Assembly (NCBI GenBank): GCA_016188545.1
Contig: JACPHO010000006.1
Coordinates: 693 to 64,692, forward strand
Reading direction: 5' to 3'
From: Candidatus Shapirobacteria bacterium
GTDB taxonomy: Bacteria; Patescibacteriota; Microgenomatia; UBA12405
Length of the DNA stretch: 64,000 nt
Position numbers and translations under genes: made by a program. The notes beneath the pieces are model-generated. The model saw only the letters and a program-made list of their open reading frames with translations. It made no database searches and was not told the DNA's origin. Below, in pieces: positions 19,993-29,683 of the stretch. The stretch's first letter is position 1; each line of letters starts with the position of its first letter.

Positions 19993-20020
19993 TTGACATT
20001 ATTTGATCTAGTAGTATACT
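19993..20020 (+). promoter_or_regulatory. Sigma70 promoter
   Basis: TTGACA-16 nt-TATACT upstream of ATG 20032. Confidence 0.65.
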
Positions 20021-20031
20021 ATCTTCCAACT

Positions 20032-20631
20032 ATGAAAAAACTATTTTTTGCTTTTATTATTCTTGTTTCTAGTTTCTCGTTTCTAGTTTCACCTGTATTA
20101 GCTGAAGATGAAGTTCGTAAACTAATGTTAGACCTCAAAGTCAAAGGTTTTTCTCAAACTGTTTGGCAAGATAATCTAAGTAGCTCCAATATAATTTTTG
20201 CCCCAGGCGACAAATTCCAAGTCCAAGTAAAAATACGTAACGAAGGCAACCGCAACCAGACCCAAGTCAAGGTTCGCCAAACACTCCCTTCAACCGTCAC
20301 TTCCGACTCTCCCGTCGAATTCACCATTCCTCAGATCTCCGCCGGGCAGGACTATGTCAAAGACATTACTGTTACTGTAAAAAACAAAACCGATGTCTAC
20401 AAAGCGTTGACCAACAACTCACTTCGTTTCACTGCCAAGTCCGAAGTTGGTACCGAGTCCAGTGATTTTGCTGCTTTTTATACCAGCAATGGCACTAAAG
20501 ATATTGCCAAATCAAACACTCCCGTTCTTCCAAAAACAGGTGCTGCTTCAACTCTCATCTTCGGCTCAGCTATAGCTGCTGTCCTAGCTATTGCTGGACT
20601 CAAGCTTCGCCAAGCTGTTCGTGGATACTAA
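20032..20631 (+). CDS. Secreted Ig-like (DUF11-type) protein with an LPXTG sorting signal
   Basis: Signal peptide; PGD.F.VQVKIRNEG; LPKTG + TM helix + basic tail. Confidence 0.75.
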   Translation: MKKLFFAFIILVSSFSFLVSPVLAEDEVRKLMLDLKVKGFSQTVWQDNLSSSNIIFAPGDKFQVQVKIRNEGNRNQTQVKVRQTLPSTVTSDSPVEFTIPQISAGQDYVKDITVTVKNKTDVYKALTNNSLRFTAKSEVGTESSDFAAFYTSNGTKDIAKSNTPVLPKTGAASTLIFGSAIAAVLAIAGLKLRQAVRGY

Positions 20632-20652
20632 AATAAATCATGATGATTTCAA

Positions 20653-20679
20653 GGACCCGCTTCGGCGGGTCTTTTTTTT
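20653..20679 (+). terminator. Rho-independent terminator
   Basis: GGACCCGC-TTCG-GCGGGTCT followed by a T tract. Confidence 0.9.
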
Positions 20680-20705
20680 AATATATCAAATACATACATC
20701 TCTAA

Positions 20706-20734
20706 TTGACATTATAGGACTCGTCTGCTACACT
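20706..20734 (+). promoter_or_regulatory. Sigma70 promoter with no downstream ORF
   Basis: TTGACA-17 nt-TACACT with an extended TGn. Confidence 0.7.
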
Positions 20735-20754
20735 ATAGGCTAGAAAAATATACC

Positions 20755-20827
20755 TAGAGATCAGTAGAGAAAAAGGGGTTAGGTGGCTCCTTGTCATTTT
20801 CTTACTCCTTTTCTCTTCTGACCTCTA
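20755..20827 (+). ncRNA. Candidate small RNA: long imperfect hairpin
   Basis: Arms 20755-20782 and 20801-20827 give about 24 pairs; downstream of promoter 20706. Confidence 0.5.
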
Positions 20828-20889
20828 ACCGCACATTTACAATTTGTTAGATTGACAATCTGTCCAATTCTTGATAATATTTTATCAAG

Positions 20890-20954
20890 AAAGAGCTCAG
20901 GGATTAAAGTTCCCGACGTCGACCCGCAGGGCGAGAGAGAGAGCTCTTTTTTTT
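20890..20954 (+). ncRNA. Candidate small three-way-junction RNA ending in a U tract
   Basis: AAAGAGCTC/GAGCTCTTT closing stem with two inner hairpins; TTGACA at 20852 plus a -10-like box near 20875. Confidence 0.5.
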
Positions 20955-21354
20955 ATGTCTTTATTTCTCCCAACCAAACACACGACAAAAAATATGGCTT
21001 ACCGCCACCAACTTTTGTCACCACTGTCTTTACCAACACGTTGTCGACCTCCGCTTCAAATGACCAATACTCAACGATTAAGTACTTTTTCTTTCGTTGG
21101 TTATAATCACAATATTTCCTACATTTTTTCAAGACACCGACCACTCGTGGTAAAGCAAAAAATCTGGTAATCAATTCATTTACCGATCGGTCTTTTTCCA
21201 CAAAATGATTCCAACCGCTATGCGTAAAATAAATATGTTTTTTAAGAGCAGGTGAATACACCTTTGTCCCTTGCAATTTGCCAATATAAAAATCTTTTGC
21301 TAGCTTCTCAGCATATTCATAAGTCGTTTTTTGAATATGGTTTAAGTCATCCAC
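20953..21354 (-). CDS. Putative BECR-fold (Barnase/EndoU/colicin/RelE; LPD3-like) nuclease
   Basis: SPAL...FT..GWNH...R....R, YWSF, VKTVV.KVGGGK..FLS pattern. Confidence 0.55.
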   Translation of the reverse strand: MDDLNHIQKTTYEYAEKLAKDFYIGKLQGTKVYSPALKKHIYFTHSGWNHFVEKDRSVNELITRFFALPRVVGVLKKCRKYCDYNQRKKKYLIVEYWSFEAEVDNVLVKTVVTKVGGGKPYFLSCVWLGEIKT

Positions 21355-21500
21355 ATATCAATCTAACACAAAGTTATCAAAGAAGTGATAATTATTACAA
21401 ATAATTACTATTTCTTTGGTAATTCTTGTCAGCCTTTGGCTGATATTACCAAATGGCAAAAACCAAATACTTAGCATCGCGCTAAACAATTTGGAGCTTG

Positions 21501-21709
21501 CCAGTCCGAAGCTCGCAAGAGCGTAGGATGGTTCTTTAACAATCTTTTTTCTTGTCCGCCGTAGCATAGTTCTCGCGAAGGCGGATCATATTCGAGCTAA
21601 ATTCTAGTTTGAATATGCTTTCTTTTCAAAAAATGTGTGTATTTTGTGGTGAACTTTGACCGTCATTGCGAGGCAGTTTACCCTGAGCGAAGTCGAAGGG
21701 TGGCAATCT
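21501..21709. repeat. Cluster of REP-like palindromes
   Basis: CCAGTCCGAAGCTCGCAAGAGCGTAGGATGG; GTCCGCCGTAGC...GCGAAGGCGGA; GTCATTGCGAG[CCCTGAGCGAAGTCGAAGGG]TGGCAATCT. Confidence 0.7.
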
Positions 21710-21727
21710 CTTTTTTTAATGGATCCA

Positions 21728-21869
21728 TTTCTGGTGGCAGTATTTTATTCTCAAATTGCTTGAGGCTAAGATACTGTCACTAGAGAAATTTTCTAGAGGT
21801 TGAGTAATACTTCAAAAAGTACAAACAGTTGTACTTTAAACCCAAACATTCGCCACCGGATCCGGCGAA
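21728..21869 (+). other. Highly structured 5' region (four consecutive hairpins) upstream of 21906
   Basis: tttctggtggcagtatttta...taagatactgtcactagaga with G-U pairs on +; aaagtacaa/ttgtacttt; ttcgcc/ggcgaa. Confidence 0.55.
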
Positions 21870-21905
21870 AATTTTTTCAATTGTCACCCTGAAAGGAGAC
21901 AACAA

Positions 21906-22577
21906 ATGAACGACTCTATGAACGTCCCTGCACGACGCAACACAAACTGGCTCGCCATCATTTTGGGCGGCCTCCTGACACTATGCCTCCTCTGCGTACT
22001 TCCAGGAATGGCATACACGTCCTGGAACATCGGCAATTCCCAACCTGCGGCCTCCGTGACCCAGATCCCCGCCGAAGCCCCCGAGCTGCACAAGCCCGCC
22101 GAGTTCCAGACCATCACGGTCAACTCGAAAGAGTACGGAACTGATTTTACCGATCGCCTCACCTTCACCAATGGCGAGATCCTCACGGGTCACGTCGCAC
22201 CTTATGAAGGCACCGAACTCGACAACATCCAGCACACCTGGGTTGACTACAATGTCGAAGTTCCTGAAGGCACGGCCTATGCTGTTGCATTCGGCTACTC
22301 GGTCAAGATCAATGGCAAGGAATACCAGCCCGGCGCTATCATCATGCTTCCAACCGATGGCGGCACCGTCAAAGTCAGCATTCTCGATGGAGAGCTGGTC
22401 TTTTGGCGTGATTTGACTGCCATGCATGATGACATCAGCGATCGCATCAGCACTGAAATTGCCAATGGCAACCTGAGCATTGATGGCCCCCTTGCCTTCT
22501 CGTTCTGCTCTCAGGAGTTCACTGGTTACGTGCCCCGCGAATTGCTCGAAGCCAATAAGGTCCAGATCGTCAAGTAG
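21906..22577 (+). CDS. Membrane-anchored hypothetical protein with GC-rich, strongly biased codons
   Basis: N-terminal TM (LLTLCLLCVL), acidic beta-rich remainder; clear SD AAAGGAG. Confidence 0.8.
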   Translation: MNDSMNVPARRNTNWLAIILGGLLTLCLLCVLPGMAYTSWNIGNSQPAASVTQIPAEAPELHKPAEFQTITVNSKEYGTDFTDRLTFTNGEILTGHVAPYEGTELDNIQHTWVDYNVEVPEGTAYAVAFGYSVKINGKEYQPGAIIMLPTDGGTVKVSILDGELVFWRDLTAMHDDISDRISTEIANGNLSIDGPLAFSFCSQEFTGYVPRELLEANKVQIVK

Positions 22578-22603
22578 GCGCCTTGGCTCAGGCCGCCCCA
22601 CAT

Positions 22604-22660
22604 TTTCAGAGACCCGGCAATAGCCGAGTCTCTGAATCGTGGTGGGGATTCCCCCACCAC
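22604..22660 (+). terminator. Tandem 3' hairpins (stabiliser or terminator)
   Basis: ttcagagacccggc-aata-gccgagtctctgaa; gtggtgggg-attc-ccccaccac. Confidence 0.55.
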
Positions 22661-22747
22661 CCACACACAAAAAAGAAAAGAAAGAAGAAAAAGGTTAGCA
22701 TATTCCGATGTGTATCGGAACTGACGATTCCAAAAGGATGAAATGCT

Positions 22748-23632
22748 ATGTCCAATCTCAAAACAAAATATCCATTAATCAGCGTCATCATGCCGGTGTA
22801 CAATTCCGGAGAATTCCTAGCCCCAGCTATCGTTTCCATCCTCTCACAATCCTACAAAAATTTTGAATTTATCATTGTCGACGATGCCTCAACTGACAAC
22901 TCTTGGAAAACCATCCGTTCTTTTGCCAAAGCTGATAAACGTATCAGAATCTACCGAAACTCCATCAATTTAGGTGTCAGTTTAACTGCCAACATCGCCA
23001 CTTCCCATGCCAAAGGCAGATACTTAGCCCGCATGGATTCTGATGATATCTCCTCCCCTGACCGTCTTCAAAAACAAATAAATTTTTTTAAAAAACACCC
23101 CCAAACAATTCTTATTGGCGGCCAATGCACCATCATTAATGAATTAAACCAAGTTATTGGGTATAAAAACTTCCCTCTCTCCCCTCACGAAGCTCTCATG
23201 GACATGCTCTTTTGGGCGGTCCCTATCCAGCAAGGTTTTATGATGATCAACCTTCAAAAATTACCATCAAATTTTACCTGGTATGAAGCAGGTAAAAAAA
23301 CAGCTGAAGAAATTGACCTGTTTTTCAGGCTCTCCGAATACGGAAAGTTTGCCAATCTTGCTGATAACTTATACTTTTATCGCCAATTGTCAGGCAGTCT
23401 TTCTCACCAAAATCCCAAAAAAACTTTTTATCTCACCCTCCAATCTCGGCTACTCGCCGTCAAGAACGGCTACCAGCCATCAATCAAAGCATGGTTCCTC
23501 AACTTTGCTCAAATATTTTTAGTTGCTATTTTACCAACTTCCGCCATCTACAACATTTGGTATTTAGTTCGTGGCGTCAGCCAGCTAAAGTTAAGACTTG
23601 TCCCCACCTCCCTCTCCAGTACCAAAGCATAA
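22748..23632 (+). CDS. GT2 glycosyltransferase
   Basis: ISVIMPVYN, VDDASTD, ARMDSDD. Confidence 0.93.
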   Translation: MSNLKTKYPLISVIMPVYNSGEFLAPAIVSILSQSYKNFEFIIVDDASTDNSWKTIRSFAKADKRIRIYRNSINLGVSLTANIATSHAKGRYLARMDSDDISSPDRLQKQINFFKKHPQTILIGGQCTIINELNQVIGYKNFPLSPHEALMDMLFWAVPIQQGFMMINLQKLPSNFTWYEAGKKTAEEIDLFFRLSEYGKFANLADNLYFYRQLSGSLSHQNPKKTFYLTLQSRLLAVKNGYQPSIKAWFLNFAQIFLVAILPTSAIYNIWYLVRGVSQLKLRLVPTSLSSTKA

Positions 23633-23659
23633 TCAGCCACAATTCAGTATACTATTCCC

Positions 23660-24442
23660 ATGATCAGAGCTACTATTTTTTTCCTCAGAAGTCTTCTCTA
23701 TCACCTTACCTATTCAATATCGTCAAAAACCCCTGACAAAATAATCCTCTGTTATCACTCTGTTGGTGGTCCTAGTTGGGATTACAATGTCAAATTAAAC
23801 GATTTCAAAGATCAAATCGATTACCTTCTAACCCTTTATCAACCAACCACTTTAGACAAAATTATCACCGCGACAGCCCCCTCTTTTGTACTCACCTTTG
23901 ATGACGGCTACAAAAGTATTTTCAAAATTCACGAGTTTTTAAAGACAGAAAATATTTATCCCACCCTATTTCTTCTATCCGACAAGAAAAATCTGAATCA
24001 CCAAGAAATCGATAACAATATAAGTCTACTCAAAAATCATCAAGTCCGAAAACTAATTGCTTCCGGTTGGAAAATCGGTTCCCACGGCAGTCAACATCAA
24101 GATTATTGGCAACTCAAACCAAACGAAATTAGTTCTGAGATTGTCAAATCAAAAAGCGATCTTGAAAAAAGATTTGGAGTACCAATCAGTTGTTTCTCCT
24201 ACCCAAAGGGTAGATACTCACCAGCAATAATTGACGCAGTCAAAAACGCCGGTTACAAGATGGCCGCCACTATGGATGATGGAATCTTGGATAAAACAAC
24301 AAATCTCTATACCATTCCCCGAATCGGTGTCGACAAAACACTTAATATAGATGAGTTTAAAAGAGTATTAGCCATCTCTACAATTACCGCCAGAGGTATT
24401 GTCAAAAAACTCGGTGGCAAATTATTAGCTAAACTAATCTAG
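23660..24442 (+). CDS. Polysaccharide deacetylase
   Basis: LCYHSV, LTFDDG, IGSHG..H, FSYPKG. Confidence 0.92.
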   Translation: MIRATIFFLRSLLYHLTYSISSKTPDKIILCYHSVGGPSWDYNVKLNDFKDQIDYLLTLYQPTTLDKIITATAPSFVLTFDDGYKSIFKIHEFLKTENIYPTLFLLSDKKNLNHQEIDNNISLLKNHQVRKLIASGWKIGSHGSQHQDYWQLKPNEISSEIVKSKSDLEKRFGVPISCFSYPKGRYSPAIIDAVKNAGYKMAATMDDGILDKTTNLYTIPRIGVDKTLNIDEFKRVLAISTITARGIVKKLGGKLLAKLI

Positions 24443-24711
24443 TTCTTGTACACCTCTTCATGTTTTCCAATTGCTACAAAATAAGCAGTATTCTCATCAA
24501 TATAATAAAAAATCATTCTGATACTCTCATTGATAGAAATACTCCACGATTCTTTCATTGATCCTGTTAGTTTATGCAACCTTAATGAAGGTCTTGACTT
24601 GTCCAAACAAAATATTTTTAATTTGCTTGCCACCAGATCATACAGCTTCTTGTTCTTCTTGGCTATTTTGAATAAATCTTTTTCTACTTTTGTGTCAAAT
24701 ATTACTTCCAC
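24439..24711 (-). CDS. RelE/YafQ-like mRNA interferase toxin
   Basis: PSLRLHKLTG....WSISI...IRMIF...IGKHEEVY. Confidence 0.88.
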   Translation of the reverse strand: MEVIFDTKVEKDLFKIAKKNKKLYDLVASKLKIFCLDKSRPSLRLHKLTGSMKESWSISINESIRMIFYYIDENTAYFVAIGKHEEVYKN

Positions 24712-24964
24712 TCTTCAGTTTAGCAAAATACTCATCGATATTATCAATTTTAATAGATTTGCTTTTTCCTGACAACGAGTCCGCGACTCTCTTCTTTACT
24801 CTATCCGAAGCCTCAAAAGTCGGGTACTCTTCCTCAACTTTGTTGACCATCAAATATTTGATATACGAGGCCAGAGTCATCCCCCACTTATCAGCCCTTT
24901 TCTTGACTTCATTTTTGAGAGCCACAGGCAAACTAATTTTTATCTGGGTAATTGCTTGATTCAT
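24695..24964 (-). CDS. RHH-type antitoxin
   Basis: TQIKISLP..LK..VKKRA...GMTLASYIK; overlaps the toxin start. Confidence 0.75.
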   Translation of the reverse strand: MNQAITQIKISLPVALKNEVKKRADKWGMTLASYIKYLMVNKVEEEYPTFEASDRVKKRVADSLSGKSKSIKIDNIDEYFAKLKSGSNI

Positions 24965-25064
24965 ACCACTATTATACCCCAATAAATGGTCTAATCAAGT
25001 GCCTGTATCATAATTCGACAGATACAGCCAAAATTTCTGGCGTCTTTTAGTATAAAATAATTTA

Positions 25065-27848
25065 GTGCTCAAAAAAATATTTTCCTCACCATTTTTTTAC
25101 CCATCGCTCCTAACTATTGTTTTGTCGTTAATTTGTTTCGCCAATTATGTTCCCAACACCTATCTCACCGGCTGGGACAATCTCATGCCCGAACTCAATA
25201 TTTGGATGAACCTCAAGAGGTCACTTTTTGCTGTCTGGCAAGAATATCAAGGCCTTGGCCTTGTTGGTGGTATGGGCCACGCCACAGATTTGATCCGACA
25301 ACTAATTATTTTACCCTTTACTCTAGTTCTCCCTACCAATCTCATCCGCTATCTCTGGCATTTTGCCATGCTATTTCTTGGAACATTTGGAATCTATTTT
25401 GGTGTCAACAAATTATTCTTAAATCATAAATCATATTTCATAATTCCTTTTTCAAGTGCCCTATTTTATCTTCTCAATTTTGGCACCATCCAGTATTTTT
25501 GGGCTCCCCTCGAAACTTTTTCCACTTTTTGGGGATTTTTCCCTTGGCTTATATTCTTCCTTTTTGACTATCTCGAAACACCAAACAACAAAAACCTCAA
25601 AAAAATATTTTGGATAAACCTGCTCGCCATCCCCTCATTTTATGTTCAGACTCTATTTGTAGTCTATATGTTATGTGTTTCTCTTATCCTTTTTTCTCAC
25701 TTTGTATTCCATTTTAGAAGTTGGAAGTTAGAAGTCGGAAATTCCATCAGAACTATTCTACTGATCTTGCTCATCAATAGTTTCTGGCTCCTGCCTCAAA
25801 TTTACTTCCTAAAAGAAAATCTTCACAGTCCGATTGCCGGGATTGGCAACTTCATGTCCTCCGAAGAAAGCTTTACCCGTAATCAAAACCGTGGCTATCT
25901 TTCCGATTTTCTTATTTTACGGAACTATTACATCGATTTTCCCGACTCCCAAGGACCATTTATGGCACCATGGATTGTCCATTTTTCCAGTCAATATATC
26001 CTTATTTGTGGATATATCATCGGGTCTTTGACTATTTTTGGATTAATATTTCTTCTGTCTGCTCCAAAACAGCTTAGTTTCAAAAAGCTCTCAGTAGTTT
26101 TTATTTTCCTACTTTCTGCCCTCACCTTACTTTCAGCCACACCACCCTTTTCTGGATTCAATACCCTTATTCGTTTTTCAGACTTACTCAACCAAATATT
26201 TCGAGCCCCTTTCACCAAATTTATAGTCCCCACCATTTTTTCTTTTTCCTTGCTTATTGCTTATGGGCTCCATGCTTTAGCTCAATTTTTCACCCAAATT
26301 AAGTATTCCCAAAAAGTATTTACTCCACTATTTTTTATTTTTTACTTTTTACTTTTATTCACTTTCTCCTTTCCTGTCTTTAAAGGCAATCTATTTTCCA
26401 GCAAAATGCGACAAACAATTCTACCTGAATATTTTGAGATGTTCAGACACCTCCAAGCCAAATCTCCAACAGCCCGAATCAGCAACCTCCCTTCTGGTTC
26501 TTTTTGGGGATGGACAAATTATTTGTGGGGCTATCGAGGCTCAGGTTTTATTTGGTACTCTCTCCCCCAGCCAATACTCGACCGTGCCTTTGATGCTTGG
26601 AACCTAACGAATGAACAATACTACTGGGAAATCAATCTAGCTCTCCAAAAAAGAGACCCCATCCTCCTTTCTCAAGTTCTAAAAAAATATTCGATTGAGT
26701 ATATTTTGTTTGACAACAACATCTATTTTCCCGACGAATTTATCTATGCCAAACAAAGCGTAGCTACTCCCAGTTTGTTACTACAAACACCAGGTGTCTT
26801 TCTCGATCAAAGGTTTGGCAATATAAGTCTTTACAGAACTTCAGTTACTACCTCTCCATACCTTCTCACCAACCCTACCAACAGCTCCAACTCAGGTTTC
26901 CTATCTGAAGACAGTATCTACGTCCAACACCAAGACTACATCTCCACCCCATCAACTCAGAGCCTAGATTATCCTTTTGTCAATTTATTTACCAACCGTC
27001 TCCAAAACGAAATCCCCTACCAATTTAAAGTTGACAGTGACACACTTTCTATTTCACGCAAGTCAGACAACTACAAAACAACTATTCCATTAGACAATTC
27101 CATTAATATAACCAAGAATAAATCCAAAAACATCAGTCTTTTATCCAACCGCCACAATTCTCAGCTCCTTGCTTACAACTTTCCTAGCGCCACTTTATCA
27201 AAGTCGTACCTCATTCAGGTCAACTACCAATACCTCACCGGGCTGCCACTAACAATATCTGTCAACAGTGACAACCTACAACAAAAATATCTATACACCA
27301 AACTTGACAAAAAAACTGGGCTTCAGAACGCATGGTTTGTAATCCCAGCTCGGGAAACAGAGAACTATAACCAAGGTATTACAGTGGTTTTCAACAACAC
27401 CTCATTTAGCAAATTTCTAACCCAAAACAAAGTCGTCGACGTGAACATATATCCCATCCCTCTTTTCGATTTAATCCGACAATCAAGTCCCAAATCAAAT
27501 CAAATTTCTAGCAGATCCGACCTAAAATTCAAAAGCGATATCTATCATTACCAAGTTGATGTTGACTCAAATTCAACATCAAATTCCACTCTCGTCCTCC
27601 CTCAGTCCTTCTCTCCTGGCTGGCTCGCCTTCTATTTTAATTGTAAGGGTAATGCTTTATGCTTACCTACTCTCCTATCCAACCATGTCCTCATCAACAA
27701 TTGGGCCAATGGTTGGCTTGTCTCGCCGAAGCCAACCAGCGAAGGCGGAGCATTTACTATCTACATCTTCTTTTGGCCCCAGCTTCTGCAATTTCTTGGC
27801 TTTGGACTACTTATTGGCACCTTTATCTGGATTTTGAAAAAACACTAA
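25065..27848 (+). CDS. Large polytopic membrane protein, GT-C/YfhO-like
   Basis: Many TM segments, large extracellular region, C-terminal LPQSFSPGW...NNWANGW + TM. Confidence 0.7.
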   Translation: MLKKIFSSPFFYPSLLTIVLSLICFANYVPNTYLTGWDNLMPELNIWMNLKRSLFAVWQEYQGLGLVGGMGHATDLIRQLIILPFTLVLPTNLIRYLWHFAMLFLGTFGIYFGVNKLFLNHKSYFIIPFSSALFYLLNFGTIQYFWAPLETFSTFWGFFPWLIFFLFDYLETPNNKNLKKIFWINLLAIPSFYVQTLFVVYMLCVSLILFSHFVFHFRSWKLEVGNSIRTILLILLINSFWLLPQIYFLKENLHSPIAGIGNFMSSEESFTRNQNRGYLSDFLILRNYYIDFPDSQGPFMAPWIVHFSSQYILICGYIIGSLTIFGLIFLLSAPKQLSFKKLSVVFIFLLSALTLLSATPPFSGFNTLIRFSDLLNQIFRAPFTKFIVPTIFSFSLLIAYGLHALAQFFTQIKYSQKVFTPLFFIFYFLLLFTFSFPVFKGNLFSSKMRQTILPEYFEMFRHLQAKSPTARISNLPSGSFWGWTNYLWGYRGSGFIWYSLPQPILDRAFDAWNLTNEQYYWEINLALQKRDPILLSQVLKKYSIEYILFDNNIYFPDEFIYAKQSVATPSLLLQTPGVFLDQRFGNISLYRTSVTTSPYLLTNPTNSSNSGFLSEDSIYVQHQDYISTPSTQSLDYPFVNLFTNRLQNEIPYQFKVDSDTLSISRKSDNYKTTIPLDNSINITKNKSKNISLLSNRHNSQLLAYNFPSATLSKSYLIQVNYQYLTGLPLTISVNSDNLQQKYLYTKLDKKTGLQNAWFVIPARETENYNQGITVVFNNTSFSKFLTQNKVVDVNIYPIPLFDLIRQSSPKSNQISSRSDLKFKSDIYHYQVDVDSNSTSNSTLVLPQSFSPGWLAFYFNCKGNALCLPTLLSNHVLINNWANGWLVSPKPTSEGGAFTIYIFFWPQLLQFLGFGLLIGTFIWILKKH

Positions 27849-28117
27849 TGTTCTCCATAAACTTCTTTGTGAGTACCAATATCCGACAGAACAATTGTGT
27901 CATTTTGAGAATAAAATAATATTCGTAAATCATCATTGATTGAAATACTCCAAAACAAACTCAGATCACCTTCCAATTGATGTAGCCTCAGTCCATCATT
28001 ACTTTCTCCATTCAACAGTTGTTGCACAACATCCTGTATTTCTATACCCAGACTCTTGTTTTTTCTCAATATATTCTTCAACCGTTGGTCAAAATTATCA
28101 GTTGTTCTCAATCTCAC
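27845..28117 (-). CDS. RelE/YafQ-like toxin (paralog of 24439)
   Basis: LRLHQLEG....WSISINDDLRILF...IGTHKEVY. Confidence 0.88.
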   Translation of the reverse strand: MRLRTTDNFDQRLKNILRKNKSLGIEIQDVVQQLLNGESNDGLRLHQLEGDLSLFWSISINDDLRILFYSQNDTIVLSDIGTHKEVYGEH

Positions 28118-28377
28118 TTAATCATTTTAGCAAAGAATTCATTTATGTCAGTTATCTCGTGTAATTTTCCATTTTTCTCGTCAATCTTAGCCTGTTTCAA
28201 AGCCTCAATAGATCTTTTCGATAGATGGTAGACTGGAATACCAGACTTCAAATCCATCATCAAAAGATGTTTCATATATCCAGCCAGAGTCAGATCATAT
28301 TCTTCAGCTCTTCTCTTCAGCTTTGCCTTTAATTTTAACGGCAAGTTTATTTTAATCTGTGTTTGTTTCTGGATCAT
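28114..28377 (-). CDS. RHH-type antitoxin (paralog of 24695)
   Basis: TQIKINLP.KLK..LKRRA...LTLAGYMK; C-terminal I.DI.EFFAK. Confidence 0.75.
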   Translation of the reverse strand: MIQKQTQIKINLPLKLKAKLKRRAEEYDLTLAGYMKHLLMMDLKSGIPVYHLSKRSIEALKQAKIDEKNGKLHEITDINEFFAKMIK

Positions 28378-28505
28378 AAAATAATCATAGCACCAAAATC
28401 AGGACTTTTCAAGTACCACATCTCTAACACTATATTTGTTTTCCCTATCGCGAAGAGATTTCTTCACTACATGTAACTATGACAATGTATATACAATGTC
28501 AATAA

Positions 28506-28539
28506 ATAATATTATGTAATATAAATTACATAATATTAT
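28506..28539. promoter_or_regulatory. Perfect 15-bp inverted repeat (candidate operator) beside a promoter
   Basis: ATAATATTATGTAAT-ataa-ATTACATAATATTAT, then TTGATT (28544) and TATATT (28566). Confidence 0.5.
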
Positions 28540-28579
28540 CACATTGATTTATCTCCAAAACGCCCTATATTAAAAGTAC

Positions 28580-29650
28580 GTGAACAATACTATTGTTAAC
28601 CTACCTCATACTCGACAACTTATTGCCAAAAATAATCATAGTTGCCGCAAACTACCACAGAAAGTCGCCATCATCTACACCGACGAAAAAAGGGAATATT
28701 TCTATACAGAGGAAGAATTTTGGACAGTCGAAGGTTCTGAAGATGAAGCTCGCGAATTTCAACCTTACTTTGACCAACTAAATATCCAAACCTGTTATCT
28801 CAAGGGCGATTCAAATCTAGTTAAAAACCTCCGCCATGAAAAACCAGATATGGCTCTTAATCTCGTTACTACTGTCAAAGGATATGACTATCTCGGCGCC
28901 ACTATTCCTGCCACTCTAGAACTACTAGAAATACCTTATACTGGTGCCGCTATATTGGGATTTTCCCTTGGTTGTAATAAATATCTAATATACGCTCTCT
29001 TATCTCAACACGGAATCCCTGTACCTAGATTCCAACTACTTACATCAACCAAATCAACCATTGACCCATCACTCCGTTACCCTTTGATTCTCAAACTAAA
29101 CGAAGAGCATAGTAATGTTGAAATTAAACGGGAATCAATCGCTGAAAATGAGACTCAATTGCGTAAACGACTCCGTTATCTCATTAATAAATACGAACAG
29201 GATGTCCTCGTTTCCGAGTTTATTGACGGTCGAGAATTTGGTGCCTTCGTCTTCCAGTCATATAACAAAAAAGCCTATACAATTGAACGTAAAATTCATC
29301 TTCCCAACAACAACTCCCGACACGAATTTTTGGATTACGATATCGTCTGGGGAAATGATTACGACAACTACAAAAAATATGTCCATTATGAAAAATTCCA
29401 CGATCCTCTCCTCAACGCCTATGTCAAGAAAGCTTTCAACATTATCAAGATGGACGACTATGGAAAATTTGATATCCGGATGGACAGTCTTGGCAATTAT
29501 TACTTTATCGACGCCAATGCCAACTGCCACTTTGCACCTCTCACCGGCAGTTCATCAGAATTATCAATTGCTATGAAAATGTATGGAATTTCCTTCAAAA
29601 CTCTTCTCAAACGTCTACTACAAAACACCATGCGGGAATGGGGCTATTGA
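28580..29650 (+). CDS. D-Ala-D-Ala-ligase-like ATP-grasp protein
   Basis: LELLEIPYTG, NK, YPLILK..EEHS, SEFIDGRE, DIR, FIDANAN. Confidence 0.85.
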   Translation: MNNTIVNLPHTRQLIAKNNHSCRKLPQKVAIIYTDEKREYFYTEEEFWTVEGSEDEAREFQPYFDQLNIQTCYLKGDSNLVKNLRHEKPDMALNLVTTVKGYDYLGATIPATLELLEIPYTGAAILGFSLGCNKYLIYALLSQHGIPVPRFQLLTSTKSTIDPSLRYPLILKLNEEHSNVEIKRESIAENETQLRKRLRYLINKYEQDVLVSEFIDGREFGAFVFQSYNKKAYTIERKIHLPNNNSRHEFLDYDIVWGNDYDNYKKYVHYEKFHDPLLNAYVKKAFNIIKMDDYGKFDIRMDSLGNYYFIDANANCHFAPLTGSSSELSIAMKMYGISFKTLLKRLLQNTMREWGY

Positions 29651-29683
29651 TAATTACTAATCATCAACTATCATTAACTACAT

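Noticed and set aside
21981-22670. 229-aa antisense ORF over 21906-22577
   Set aside because: Shadow frame expected from strong codon bias of the + gene, which has the SD and TM anchor; it starts inside a hairpin region.
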